Assembly: GCA_965237415.1 (NCBI GenBank)
Contig: CBDEFM010000002.1
Span: 576,001 to 640,000 of the forward strand
Direction: 5' to 3'
Length of the DNA stretch: 64,000 nucleotides
Source: Alphaproteobacteria bacterium
GTDB taxonomy: Bacteria; Pseudomonadota; Alphaproteobacteria; UBA828
The first letter of the stretch is position 1. The number at the start of each line of letters is the position of its first letter. The notes under the pieces were generated by a model, which saw only the letters and a program-made list of their open reading frames with translations, did no database searches and was not told the DNA's origin. Made by a program: the position numbers and the translations under genes. Below, piece after piece: positions 9,601 to 18,801 of the stretch.

Positions 9601-9728
9601 GCGATGAGGCCGTCGTCTTCGCTCCGGGCCGCATTCTCGCGCCAGCGCTCCCAGCAAAGCGCGAGTGCCGCCTCGCCAGCGGGTAGGGGAGGCCGTGCCG
9701 CCTCCCTCCATTCCGGCGCTAGGTTCAT
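6693..9728 (-). CDS. glnE: Bifunctional glutamine synthetase adenylyltransferase/adenylyl-removing enzyme
   Basis: Two NT domains: GMGKLGAGELNYSSDVD, DLRLRPDP, IKLGRGGIREIEF; second domain DMRPRPSG and GGLIDVEY; ~1010 aa. Confidence 0.93.
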   Translation of the reverse strand: MNLAPEWREAARPPLPAGEAALALCWERWRENAARSEDDGLIAFAEACESDASTNALLSALFGNSRYLSHCLTADQGFARLLIEQGPEAAYGAAREMAVDTSVLGDETRQQVMKRLRVAKRRASLAIGMADIASVWPLERVTGALSDIACVTLSAVCAHLLRALHDRGKLALPDPEAPEQGSGLIILGMGKLGAGELNYSSDVDIIVLFDEEIAADPSGDGLQQIFARLARNLVTIMDERTADGYVFRTDLRLRPDPGSTAAALSVRAAEAYYATTGENWERAAMIKAKPVAGDIEAGAGFLDRLQPFIWRRHLDFAAIQNIRAIKRQIDAHRGGGQVAVAGHNIKLGRGGIREIEFLAQTQQLIWGGRDPTLRVRGTREAFDGLVAAGHVRRQAVDELMEAYTFHRTVEHRLQMADDRQTHSMPDDDEGVAQVATFLGFDAVDAFSDVLLGHLRTVERHYTSLFEDEPALATEGTLDISAGGDGDATLETLAAMGYAHPERAFETLRAWHEGRYRAVRGEEARDRLAELLPTILDVFAAWPDPDSALALFDGFLARLPAGSHLFSMFAAHPELFDLITEIMGSAPRLANWLEHRPMLLDSVLSREFSDLDVPDADELGPELATMARRGLVRVFYQREFGTVEMKAELADVALHARDLQDFLDAERRWANDKIFHIGVHMLRGLLFPVEAAITLSDIADACLGAALPVVAEAFAATHGHIPGGRFAVVALGRLGSRQMTVTAPLDLVLVYDHPPNAQESDGRKALRPDRYYGQLSRRFIAAIRAATAEGTLYDVDMRPRPSGNAGPIVTSLESFIEHFSAGVPAWQHQALTRARVVWAEGDLGQRFEEARRAILRQQRERDDLAAQLVGLREDRRDDDPGEEIWAIEQKRGGLIDVEYIAQYLQLLHAAETEDILAGDSISVFEAAASHGLIEAETARELADAATLWNNLHGILSLTVEERFVEATAPPALLAVIERACDVSGIDSLKEAMRETTARTASHFDRLLGNGGA

Positions 9729-9832
9729 GAGCGATGCCGGTCCATCATGCGCGATGGCCCTCGCGCGCACGTCGGCCGGCACAGCCAGCAAAGCGCCGGA
9801 TGATGGGGGCAGGTGATCGGGAGGAACTCGTC

Positions 9833-10663
9833 ATGCCTAAGGTCAACGCCAACGGAATCAATATCTACTACGAGCTGATGGGCAAAGGCGACCCGCTGGC
9901 GCTGATCGGCGGCTCTCTCTTCGGGCGCCAGAACTTCGCGATGGTGTGGGAGGGACTCGCCGAATCGTTCCAGCTCATCAGCTACGACCAGCGGGGCTAC
10001 GGGCAGACCGACCGCCCCTTGATGCGCTACGACCTCGATATTTGGGCGGACGACCTGGCGGCGTTGCTCGATGCTCTCGAGATCGAACGGGCCCATGTGA
10101 TGGGGACCTCCGCCGGCGGCATGATCGCGCTGAAGTTCGCGGCGAAGTATCCCGATCGCTGCATCGGCGTGGTGAGCGACTGCGCGTTCGCGAAATGCGA
10201 CACCATGCGCCGGATCATGTTCCGCACTTGGCGCCATATGGCGCTGACCTGGGGCTGCGGCCCGGAATTCGCCGATCACGTGGTGACCCAGGCCGTGGGT
10301 GCCGACTTTCTCGACGGCCCCAATGGCCAGCCGTTGATCGAGATGGTTCGCACCATCGTCGGGCTCAACGCGGTCGAGACCGTAGTCCAGGCCTGCATCG
10401 CCATGGAGGAGATGGACCTGCGTGAGGATTGCAAGAAGATCAAGAACCCGACGCTGGTGATCACCGCCGCCAAGGACATGCTGACTCCCATGCTGACAGG
10501 GCCGGACGGCGCCGGCGCCCAATGGGTCGTGGACAACGTGCCGGGCTGCGAGGCGATCGTCTACGAGGATATCGGCCACGCCGACCTCGTCGAATGCCCG
10601 GAGAAGACCATCGCGTCCGCCACCGCCTTCCTCCACCGTGCGAAAGAGAAGGTGCTGGGGTAG
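9833..10663 (+). CDS. Alpha/beta hydrolase (PcaD-like fold)
   Basis: YDQRGYGQT, nucleophile GTSAGG, C-terminal GH; SD GGAGG. Confidence 0.88.
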   Translation: MPKVNANGINIYYELMGKGDPLALIGGSLFGRQNFAMVWEGLAESFQLISYDQRGYGQTDRPLMRYDLDIWADDLAALLDALEIERAHVMGTSAGGMIALKFAAKYPDRCIGVVSDCAFAKCDTMRRIMFRTWRHMALTWGCGPEFADHVVTQAVGADFLDGPNGQPLIEMVRTIVGLNAVETVVQACIAMEEMDLREDCKKIKNPTLVITAAKDMLTPMLTGPDGAGAQWVVDNVPGCEAIVYEDIGHADLVECPEKTIASATAFLHRAKEKVLG

Positions 10664-10664
10664 G

Positions 10665-10684
10665 CGTGGTAGCTGGCACGGTGG
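10665..10684 (+). repeat. Left copy of 20-bp direct repeat flanking the Doc TA cassette
   Basis: CGTGGTAGCTGGCACGGTGG, 18/20 identical to 11445-11464. Confidence 0.6.
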
Positions 10685-10773
10685 TGAGACCGGTTGCGGC
10701 CTACGCCGACGCCTTTCCCGGACTTGATACGGCGCGCCACGATGTGCATGTATCGGCTGGAGAGGGGATTGTC

Positions 10774-10971
10774 ATGCAGAAGAAGCCGAACACATCGGGG
10801 CCAGGAGGCCCGAAGTCCGATTATCCCAGCAAAGCCGCTTCTGTGCTCTCGAACAAGCGAGGCACATCAACTAAGCCCGAGACGGTCTCTGTTTCGCCGA
10901 TTTCCCAGAGTGTGATCACACAGACTTCGGTGAAGCGGCGAGAGGCCATGAAGGCGTTGGCAAATCGGTAA
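10774..10971 (+). CDS. Putative antitoxin partner of the Doc toxin (65 aa)
   Basis: SD GAGGGG; C-terminal helix KRREAMKALANR like antitoxins preceding doc; overlaps the toxin 5' end. Confidence 0.6.
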   Translation: MQKKPNTSGPGGPKSDYPSKAASVLSNKRGTSTKPETVSVSPISQSVITQTSVKRREAMKALANR

Positions 10972-11350
10972 GAGGCATTACCGTGTCACGTGGGCCGATG
11001 CGGTTCGCGGCCACGAGGAAGCGCTCAAGGATGGCGGTAGACCCGGACTCCTGAACGAACACGGCGTCCTATCCGCGCTTGCCCGCCCTTACGACGGTTA
11101 CCATCGAAGAATTTATGAAAAGGCAGCCGCCCTTCTTCACGGCGTTGTTTGCAATCACGGCTTCACTGATGCGAACAAGCGTACGGCCTTGTACCTGGTC
11201 GAGTTACTGGTACAACGCAGCGGATATGAATTCGTCGAAACGGACGCGGAAGTTGTCGAGATCATTCTCACTGTTGCCAGGGGCGAAATGGGATACGCAC
11301 AACTCGCCGGGTGGTTCAGTGAGCGCATCGTTCGGATCGACCCATCATAG
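10964..11350 (+). CDS. doc: Fic/Doc (death-on-curing) toxin; no ATG/GTG/TTG upstream of the motif, ATC at 10964 is the candidate start
   Basis: Manual translation: IGKRHYRVTWADAVRGHEEALKDGGRPG...SALARP...KAAALLHGVVCNHGFTDANKRTA...; absent from the ORF track. Confidence 0.82.
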   Translation: MGKRHYRVTWADAVRGHEEALKDGGRPGLLNEHGVLSALARPYDGYHRRIYEKAAALLHGVVCNHGFTDANKRTALYLVELLVQRSGYEFVETDAEVVEIILTVARGEMGYAQLAGWFSERIVRIDPS

Positions 11351-11444
11351 CTTGCAGATTGCGAGCTTTGGGCAACTGCGTTGACGCAGTGCATGGGCCA
11401 CCGGATCGTTCCGAGTAGGACGCTTGGCATCGGGCCTCAAGAAC

Positions 11445-11464
11445 CGTGGTAGCCGGCGCGGTGG
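11445..11464 (+). repeat. Right copy of 20-bp direct repeat flanking the Doc TA cassette
   Basis: CGTGGTAGCCGGCGCGGTGG. Confidence 0.6.
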
Positions 11465-11528
11465 CTGGCGTGCGCGGGCTGTGGTAGACAGCGGCCGATG
11501 ACATCTCCGGCCGGCTGAGGGAGCGACG

Positions 11529-12824
11529 ATGGCGACGAACGGCTCCGGTGAGGGACGGCGCGAGAGCGTCGGCGTGCAGGTCGGCACGGTCACGATCGGC
11601 GGCAGCGCGCCGGTCGTCGTCCAGTCGATGACCAATACCGATACCGAGGACACCCGCGCCACGGCGGAGCAGGTCAAGGCGCTAGCCGACGCGGGCTCGG
11701 AGATCGTGCGCATCACGGTCAATACGCCGGAAGCCGCCGCCGCGGTGCCGGCGATTCGTGAGCGGCTGGAGGCGGCCGGCTGCCACGTGCCGCTCGTCGG
11801 CGACTTTCACTACAACGGCCACCGGCTTCTCACCGAATTCCCGGCCTGCGCCGAGGCGCTCTCCAAGTACCGGATCAATCCGGGCAATGTCGGCTTCCGA
11901 GAGAAGCGTGACCGGCAGTTCCAGACCATGATCGAGGTCGCGCTCAAGTACGACCGGCCGGTGCGCATCGGCGTCAACTGGGGCAGCCTCGACCAGGACC
12001 TGCTCGCCCAACTCATGGACGAGAATGCGGCCCGGCCCGAACCCAAGGACGCCGCAGGGGTGATGCGCGAGGCGCTTGTCGAATCGGGGCTGCGCAGCGC
12101 TGCCCTCGCCGAGGACATCGGGCTCGCGCGGGACAAGATCGTGATATCGGCCAAGGTCTCGCAAGTGCAGGACCTGATCGCCGTCTACGGCGAGCTCGGA
12201 GCGCGCAGCGACTATGCGCTGCATCTCGGGCTCACCGAAGCGGGCATGGGCTCCAAGGGCATCGTGGCGTCGACCGCCGCGCTCTCGGTGCTGCTCCAGC
12301 AGGGCATCGGCGACACCATCCGCATCTCGCTTACGCCCAAGCCCGGCGGCGATCGCACCCAGGAGGTCATCGTCGCGCAAGAGATCCTTCAGACCATGGG
12401 GTTCCGCTCGTTCGTGCCTCTGGTGGCGGCGTGCCCCGGCTGCGGGCGCACGACAAGCACGGTGTTCCAGGAGCTCGCCGAGAGCATCCAGGACTACGTG
12501 AGACGGCAGATGCCGATCTGGCGCGAGACCTACGACGGGGTCGAGGCCATGCAGCTTGCCGTCATGGGCTGCATCGTCAATGGCCCCGGCGAAAGCAAAC
12601 ACGCCGATATCGGCATCAGCCTGCCGGGGACGGGCGAGATGCCCGCAGCGCCGGTCTTCATCGACGGCAAGAAGGCGGTGACGCTGCGCGGCGCAAGAAT
12701 CGCCGAGGAATTTCAGGCGATCGTCGCCGACTACGTGGCAAGCCGCTATCCGCGACGAGCCGGAGCGGGTGACACGGACGGGGCGGGGAACGCCGCCCGG
12801 CCCGCGCGACACCCCGGCGGCTAG
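11529..12824 (+). CDS. ispG: (E)-4-hydroxy-3-methylbut-2-enyl-diphosphate synthase
   Basis: [57 protein letters not shown]. Confidence 0.97.
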   Translation: MATNGSGEGRRESVGVQVGTVTIGGSAPVVVQSMTNTDTEDTRATAEQVKALADAGSEIVRITVNTPEAAAAVPAIRERLEAAGCHVPLVGDFHYNGHRLLTEFPACAEALSKYRINPGNVGFREKRDRQFQTMIEVALKYDRPVRIGVNWGSLDQDLLAQLMDENAARPEPKDAAGVMREALVESGLRSAALAEDIGLARDKIVISAKVSQVQDLIAVYGELGARSDYALHLGLTEAGMGSKGIVASTAALSVLLQQGIGDTIRISLTPKPGGDRTQEVIVAQEILQTMGFRSFVPLVAACPGCGRTTSTVFQELAESIQDYVRRQMPIWRETYDGVEAMQLAVMGCIVNGPGESKHADIGISLPGTGEMPAAPVFIDGKKAVTLRGARIAEEFQAIVADYVASRYPRRAGAGDTDGAGNAARPARHPGG

Positions 12825-12861
12825 CGCGCCCGCAGCCGCTTACACCGGCTCTTTCCGAAGT

Positions 12862-13130
12862 TAGCCCGCATTTCTCACCATGCTCACGGCCTGCGTCGCG
12901 GCCAGGTGTTCGATCCGCCAGGAGCGGGCCGAAAAGCGTAATGGTGTCTACGGTTGAGGCCCGCGACGCCGCAGGCGGACATCTGGGCGCGACCCGAAGG
13001 GCGGCGCTCTCCGGCCGACAGTGTGCGTCACGGCGCTTGCCCGATGCCCCACATCGCGCTGCGCGCCGTTCCTACTCTGTCGGCCGGACAGCGCCGCGCA
13101 GACCATGATCATGGTGAGAAATGCGGGCTA
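12862..13130. mobile_element. MITE-like element (~270 bp) with terminal inverted repeats and internal hairpins
   Basis: TAGCCCGCATTTCTCACCATG (12862-12882) is the exact inverse of 13110-13130, extending imperfectly to ~34 bp; internal 22/24 inverted pair near 13001-13024 and 13075-13098; no transposase. Confidence 0.75.
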
Positions 13131-14257
13131 GCGTGGACGCTGCGGCCCTCCGGCCCGCTCGGCGCGGCGGCATCGCACCTGAGAGAGTCGCGCGCAATTG
13201 CCGCGCCGTCGCTTGGTGGTTGCTAGGCCTTGCGGGTCTCGTGCTGGCGATGGTCGTGCTCGGGGGGATCACGCGTCTCAACCACGCCGGTCTTTCGATG
13301 GTGGATTGGCGTCCCTTGGTGGGCGTCCTGCCGCCATTCGGCGAGGAGGCGTGGCAGGCGCTGTTCGCCGACTACAAGCGCTTCCCCGAATATCAGGAAC
13401 TCAATCCGGGCATGATCCTCGCCGGGTTCAAGGAAATTTTCTGGCTGGAATACGCGCATCGTCTGCTCGGGCGCGTCGTCGGTATTGCCTTCGCGCTGCC
13501 CTTCATCTGGTTCCTGATCCGGCGCGCGTTCGACCGACCCCTTGCTCTGAAAGTGCTCGCCATCGGTATCCTCGGCGGGCTTCAAGGGCTGCTTGGCTGG
13601 TACATGGTGAAGAGCGGGCTGGTGGACCGCCCCGATGTGAGCCCGTATAGGCTCGCCGCCCATCTCGGCCTCGCGGTGGCGATCTATGGCTGCCTGATAT
13701 GGGTCGCGCTCGGCCTCTTGACGGGAGGTTCGATCGAACGCGTTCGTCGGGAAGGTCGATGGCGCGGCGCGATTTGGGGGGTGACCGGACTGGTGTTCCT
13801 CACGATCCTTTCCGGCTCGTTCGTCGCCGGCAACGACGCGGGCCTCGCCTACAACACCTTCCCGCTCATGGCCGATGCCATCGTGCCGCCTGATATCTTC
13901 CTGATCGAGCCCCTGTGGCGGAACTTCTTCGAGAACGTGCCGCTGGTGCAGCTCGACCACCGGCTGCTGGCGATGCTGACCGCACTGGTCGTGATCCTGA
14001 TCTGGGCCGCTGCGCTACGCTGGTTAGGGCCGATGCCGGCGCGGGTTGCGCTTCACGCGGCGGCAGCGGCGGTGCTCGTTCAGTTCGCTCTCGGCATCGC
14101 CACCTTACTCACCTTCGTGCCAGTGCCGCTGGGCGCTGCCCATCTGGCCGGCGCGATGGCGGTGTTCACGGCGATCCTGGCCGCGCTTCGCCTGCTGTAT
14201 CCGCCCCCGGGTCCGCTTGCTTCGCCTGCTCCTGCGCCGCCTTGCGGCCCTTCATGA
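13121..14257 (+). CDS. ctaA: Heme A synthase (COX15/CtaA)
   Basis: GGITRL..AGLSMVDW, FWLEYAHRLLGR, GWYMVKSGL, RLAAHL, QLDHR; start uncertain (ATG 13121 lies in the MITE end, GTG 13133 alternative). Confidence 0.93.
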   Translation: MRASVDAAALRPARRGGIAPERVARNCRAVAWWLLGLAGLVLAMVVLGGITRLNHAGLSMVDWRPLVGVLPPFGEEAWQALFADYKRFPEYQELNPGMILAGFKEIFWLEYAHRLLGRVVGIAFALPFIWFLIRRAFDRPLALKVLAIGILGGLQGLLGWYMVKSGLVDRPDVSPYRLAAHLGLAVAIYGCLIWVALGLLTGGSIERVRREGRWRGAIWGVTGLVFLTILSGSFVAGNDAGLAYNTFPLMADAIVPPDIFLIEPLWRNFFENVPLVQLDHRLLAMLTALVVILIWAAALRWLGPMPARVALHAAAAAVLVQFALGIATLLTFVPVPLGAAHLAGAMAVFTAILAALRLLYPPPGPLASPAPAPPCGPS

Positions 14258-14939
14258 AGCGCTTGATGAGGCGGGGCATGAAACCGATCAGGCCGAGGAC
14301 CGCGAGGCCGAGCAGAGCGTTCTGAGCCAGGTCGCCGTCCCCGGTCGCGAGCGAACGCCCGGCATGGCCGAGATAGGCGTAGGCCGCGGCGCCCGGCGCC
14401 ATGAAGATGACCGATGCGGCAACGTAGGACACCAGGCGGATGCGCGTGAGCCCCAGCGCGTAGTTCAGCGCGTTGAAGGGGATGAAGGGAATCAGCCGGG
14501 TCATGGCGACGAAGCGCCACCCCTCGTCCTCGACTCCCTCGATCACCCGCTGCACCCGCGCCGGCGTACGCGCGGAGATCCAGCCGGCCAGCACGTAGCG
14601 CGCTATGAGGAAGGCGATGGTCGCGCCCACTGTCGCTCCGATCAGCGCGATGAGCGTGCCGATATAGGGACCGAAGAGTGCACCGGCCGCGAGCGTGAAC
14701 AGCAGGCCCGGCAGGAAGAGCACCGTGGCGAGCACGTAGGCGCAGAAGAAGACGATCGGCGCCCACGGGCCGAACTGGGTGATCCAGGCCTCGAGCGCCG
14801 TCGAATCGATGCTCTCCCGATAGAGCACGGCGACGACGATGCCGGCCAGGACCACGGCCAGCAGCAGGAAGCGCGGCAGCGCCTTGCGCACGCGCTGAAG
14901 GCGAGGGGTGTCAGGGGTCGTACTCACGGTCGACGTCAT
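14166..14939 (-). CDS. TVP38/TMEM64 (VTT/DedA) family membrane protein
   Basis: FLPGLLFTLAAGALFG, RLIPFIPFNALNYALGLT; ATG overlaps the upstream stop. Confidence 0.88.
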   Translation of the reverse strand: MTSTVSTTPDTPRLQRVRKALPRFLLLAVVLAGIVVAVLYRESIDSTALEAWITQFGPWAPIVFFCAYVLATVLFLPGLLFTLAAGALFGPYIGTLIALIGATVGATIAFLIARYVLAGWISARTPARVQRVIEGVEDEGWRFVAMTRLIPFIPFNALNYALGLTRIRLVSYVAASVIFMAPGAAAYAYLGHAGRSLATGDGDLAQNALLGLAVLGLIGFMPRLIKRFMKGRKAAQEQAKQADPGADTAGEARPGSP

Positions 14940-16171
14940 GCGCGGGCTCCTTCTGCGGCTGGTGCCGCAGCACCATCGAGGCCGAACAGGGGACGGAGGC
15001 GCGCGCCAAGCGCTGCGCCGGGGAGGGCGGCAAGCAGCCAGAGCCAGCCGTGCACGCTGCCGGATGCGATGCCGCCAAAAAGAGCGCCGATATTGCAGCC
15101 GAAGGCCAATCTTGCACCGTAGCCGAGCAGGAGGCCTCCAACTATGGCGCTCGCCACCTGACCGGCGGTAAGCCGGCGCCGGGGCGCGAAGCGTCCGGCG
15201 AGCGCGGCACCCAGTAACGCGCCCAGGATGAGGCCGACGTTCATCACCGACACCGTGTCGTGCGTGACCCCGGCGGCGAGCTTCCGCGCCGGGCCCGGCC
15301 ATTGCCAGAAGGTCCAGTCGGCGATGCCGAAGCCGAGCGCATCGGCCAGCGAGGCGCCCCAGAGCGCGAAGCCCCAGGTGACGCTCCACGGATGACCGGC
15401 GATCAGCAGCGTCGCGAGGTTGAGGAGGGCGAGCGCCAGCGCTCCCCAGGCGAGAGGCCAGCCACCGTGCAGCAACCGCTCTCTCCAACCGCCGCCTGCG
15501 CCCCAGGCAAGCGGCTCGTGGGCACCGTGGCGCCGCCGCTCCAGTGCGAGCGCGCCCAGCACGAGCAAGCCGATGGCGGCAAGCTGCACCGCGAGGCCGG
15601 CCGGCCAGCCCAGCGTGTTTGGGATCGAAAGCGGGGCGATGCGCGGCTGATCGAGCCACCAGGGCAGGTGTGCCGTGCCGATCACTGAGCCCGCGATGAA
15701 GGCCGCGAGAGTGATGGCCATGCGGAGGCTGCCGGCCCCGGCGCCGCTGAGCGTGCCGGAGGCGCAGCCGCCGCCGAGCTGCATGCCGATGCCGAACAGG
15801 AACGCGCCGAGCGCAACCGACACGCCAACGGGGGCAAGCGCGCCGCTAAGCCCCTGGCCGAACGCGCTGCCACCGGCGAGTAGCGGCACAAACGCGACGC
15901 TTGCTGCAGCGATCATCAAGAGTTGTGCCCGGACGCCGGCACCGCGGCGATCCACGAGGAAGCGCCGGGTGGATGAGGCAAAGCCGAAGAGCGCGTGGTG
16001 GAGAGCCAATCCGGCGAGCCCGCCGACGACGAGCAAAGCTGCCAGCCGGCCGTCTACCGTGATCGCGAGCCCCACCACGCCCGACGCGATCAGCAGTCCG
16101 GCCGCCGCCGCGACCGCCACCTGCGGGCGCGCTGTCGGCATCGGTACGGCCGTTGGCATGGCAGTGCTCAT
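14936..16171 (-). CDS. YeeE/YedE sulfur-compound transporter
   Basis: FGIGMQLGGGCASGTL and GARLAFGCNIGA motifs; many TM helices. Confidence 0.9.
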   Translation of the reverse strand: MSTAMPTAVPMPTARPQVAVAAAAGLLIASGVVGLAITVDGRLAALLVVGGLAGLALHHALFGFASSTRRFLVDRRGAGVRAQLLMIAAASVAFVPLLAGGSAFGQGLSGALAPVGVSVALGAFLFGIGMQLGGGCASGTLSGAGAGSLRMAITLAAFIAGSVIGTAHLPWWLDQPRIAPLSIPNTLGWPAGLAVQLAAIGLLVLGALALERRRHGAHEPLAWGAGGGWRERLLHGGWPLAWGALALALLNLATLLIAGHPWSVTWGFALWGASLADALGFGIADWTFWQWPGPARKLAAGVTHDTVSVMNVGLILGALLGAALAGRFAPRRRLTAGQVASAIVGGLLLGYGARLAFGCNIGALFGGIASGSVHGWLWLLAALPGAALGARLRPLFGLDGAAAPAAEGARA

Positions 16172-16230
16172 AGGAGGGACTATTGGGCGCTCATCGGGCG
16201 GGCGCCAATAACATTTACTTGAGGGTGCTA

Positions 16231-17097
16231 TTACCAAACGAATGTGGCGAGCGCGGCGCTGGGCCGGGCTCGCGCGGCCCAGCATGCCTCATCGAGTGCC
16301 TGCGCATTCGGCGCCACGCCGGGGGCGAGGTCGAGCGCATCGGCGAGCAGGCCGCCCGTAATCAGGAGCGAATTCAAGCCGGCGGCGTTTGCGCCGGCGA
16401 TATCGGTGCCAAGGCCGTCGCCGACCGCGAGCACGCGCGAGGGCTCAAGGCCCAGCTTGATCAGCGCGAGGTCATAGACGTCCGGGTGGGGCTTGCCGTA
16501 GTAGCGCACGCGGCCCCCGATCGCCTCGTAACGCGCGGCGAGCGCGCCGGCGCAGGGTTCCTGGACGCCGAGCCGGATCACCAACAGGTCCGGATTAACG
16601 CAGATCATGGGCAGGCCGTGCCCGGCTGCCGCCTGCAGGATCGGCTCATGGTTCTCGACGGTGTTCCGGCCATCGTCGAGTCCGATGCCGAGCAAAAAAT
16701 TCGCCTCCGCAATGTCGGCAGCGGCGTAGCCGAGCCCGTCGAGCACGTCGTCGGATCCGGGCGGCCCGAGCAGGTGGTAGCGTGTCCCGAGCCCATCGAA
16801 CGGAGGGCGAGCACGGTCGGCGAGCGCCTGTCGCGCCGCGTCGCCGGAGGCGACCACGGCGTCGTAAAGCGTCGCATCCACCCCCTTGCCATTGAGTACC
16901 GCTTCGACCTGGAAGGCGAGGCGCGGCGCGTTGGAGAGGAACACCACGCGCTTGCCGGCCTCGCGCAGCCGGCGCACGCACGCGATTGCCTCAGGGTACG
17001 CCGGGCCTCCCTGATGCATGACACCCCAGACATCGAGGATGTAGCCGTCATAGTCCGCCGCGAGTGCGGCCAAGCCGGGAACCATGGGAATCGTCAT
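16231..17097 (-). CDS. HAD-superfamily class IIA hydrolase (TIGR01459-like)
   Basis: ILDVWGVMH, LSNAPR, NPD, GKP, VGDGLGTDIAGA. Confidence 0.9.
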   Translation of the reverse strand: MTIPMVPGLAALAADYDGYILDVWGVMHQGGPAYPEAIACVRRLREAGKRVVFLSNAPRLAFQVEAVLNGKGVDATLYDAVVASGDAARQALADRARPPFDGLGTRYHLLGPPGSDDVLDGLGYAAADIAEANFLLGIGLDDGRNTVENHEPILQAAAGHGLPMICVNPDLLVIRLGVQEPCAGALAARYEAIGGRVRYYGKPHPDVYDLALIKLGLEPSRVLAVGDGLGTDIAGANAAGLNSLLITGGLLADALDLAPGVAPNAQALDEACWAARARPSAALATFVW

Positions 17098-17359
17098 GGG
17101 CGCCCTTGTCCCATCCGGTGTGTGGATTTGCAAAGCGCGTGGGCCAGACGGCGATGGTCGAGACGTTCTTCCCGATCCCGCGGAGCACCGCGAACCGGCG
17201 CTCATCGTTCATTGCCCGCTATTTCACACGCGGCGGGGCGGCGCCTGAGGAATACGGCAGGCGCATAGTTGGCCTGCGGTCGAGGCAGGTTTCCTTGGAC
17301 AGGGAACCTCTCTAGAGTGTCATGCGCGCGAGGCCAATGACAGGAATGGGAGGGTCGTT

Positions 17360-18664
17360 ATGAGAGTCCGTCACCTGTTGATCGGAGCGGCGGCGGCGGC
17401 GGTGGCCGTCTGGTCGCTTACCACGGCAGCGCCTGCTGCCGACCCCATCAAGGTTGGCTATATCGGCTCGTTCGATACCGATACCGGCAAGAGCACGATC
17501 CGGGGCACCGAGATCGCCGTCGAGGAGCTCAACGCCGCCGGCGGCGTACTTGGCGGGCGCATGATCGAGCTGGTCATGGCCGACACGCGCGAGGATGTGC
17601 AGGAGGGCATCCGGGCCTACGAATATCTCAATGAAGTCGAGAACGTGGACTTCATCATTTCGGGCTGCATCGACGACGTGTCGCTGGGCTGGCTCGAGCG
17701 TATGGCGGAATTCCGGACGCCGACCCTCGACACCTGGACCTCTTACGTCGGCATCATCGACAAGGTCGTCGAGGAATACGACAAGTACAAGATGTACTTC
17801 ATGAATGTGTCCAACGACTACGCACTGGCCATACTCTATGTCGACTTCGGCAAGGACGTGCTCTCCAAGCAGATGGGCTGGAATACGGTGTACGTGCTGC
17901 AGGAGGATACTGCGTTCGGCGGCGGCGTCTACGAGCTGATCGAGCAGGTTCTCGCGCCGGAGGCCGGCATCGAGATCGTCGGTCACACCGTCTACGACAC
18001 CAACACAGTCGACTTCGGCCCAATCTACAACAAGGCGGCGGCGGCGGAACCCGACTTCATCTACCTGATCGCCGCGGTGCGCAGCCAGGTGCCCGCCTCG
18101 CAGTACGTGAAGCTCGAAGTGCCGGTGCCGATGACCGGGATTAACGTCTCGGCCTTCGCCCTTGAGTTCTGGGACGACACCGGCGGCCTTGGCGGCGGCA
18201 TCTCGACGCTGAGCCCGGTGCCTTCGATCGGCTCCGACATCGACCCTCGCACGGCGGAATTCCTCGAACGCTATACCGCCAAGTACGGCGATTCGCGGCC
18301 GGTCTTCCCGCACTTCAACGGCTTCAACGCCTACTACGGGATGCTCAATGCCTTCGCCGCGGCCGAGCGCGCCGGCGGTTTCGCACCGCTCGACGACTGG
18401 GTCCGGGAGATGGAGAACGAGGACATCGTCGTCGAGAAGGACGGCGAGATCTGGCTCCGCTACGCCTACTGGAAGCCGGGCGAAATCGAGCCCCGGACCC
18501 AGCGGGAGTACACCCACAACATCAAGTTCGACATCGATCCGCCCTATGACGAAGGGGCGCCGTCGATGGTGGTCATCCAGTGGTACTCGGATGGCACGAC
18601 CAAGGTGGTATACCCGCCGAAATACGCCAACGGCGAGTTCGAGGTGCCGGACTGGCTGAAATAG
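17360..18664 (+). CDS. Branched-chain amino acid-type ABC transporter substrate-binding protein (LivK-like)
   Basis: Signal peptide, AVEELNAAGGVLGGRMIELVMADT; followed by Liv-type permeases and ATPases. Confidence 0.88.
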   Translation: MRVRHLLIGAAAAAVAVWSLTTAAPAADPIKVGYIGSFDTDTGKSTIRGTEIAVEELNAAGGVLGGRMIELVMADTREDVQEGIRAYEYLNEVENVDFIISGCIDDVSLGWLERMAEFRTPTLDTWTSYVGIIDKVVEEYDKYKMYFMNVSNDYALAILYVDFGKDVLSKQMGWNTVYVLQEDTAFGGGVYELIEQVLAPEAGIEIVGHTVYDTNTVDFGPIYNKAAAAEPDFIYLIAAVRSQVPASQYVKLEVPVPMTGINVSAFALEFWDDTGGLGGGISTLSPVPSIGSDIDPRTAEFLERYTAKYGDSRPVFPHFNGFNAYYGMLNAFAAAERAGGFAPLDDWVREMENEDIVVEKDGEIWLRYAYWKPGEIEPRTQREYTHNIKFDIDPPYDEGAPSMVVIQWYSDGTTKVVYPPKYANGEFEVPDWLK

Positions 18665-18677
18665 GCAAGGTCTTTAT

Positions 18678-18707
18678 CGGGCGCGGTCCCTCGGGTCCGC
18701 GCCCGAC
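18678..18707 (+). terminator. Hairpin after the SBP gene (stabiliser/attenuator)
   Basis: TCGGGCGCGG...CCGCGCCCGA inverted repeat. Confidence 0.5.
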
Positions 18708-18801
18708 ATCCCTTGTTCCAAGCCGGCTGGGCAGCCCGTGATCGCAGCGCTCCGGCCTTTGCACGAACGCTGATGCGACGGCGGGTAGGCGAGCCGGCCT
18801 G

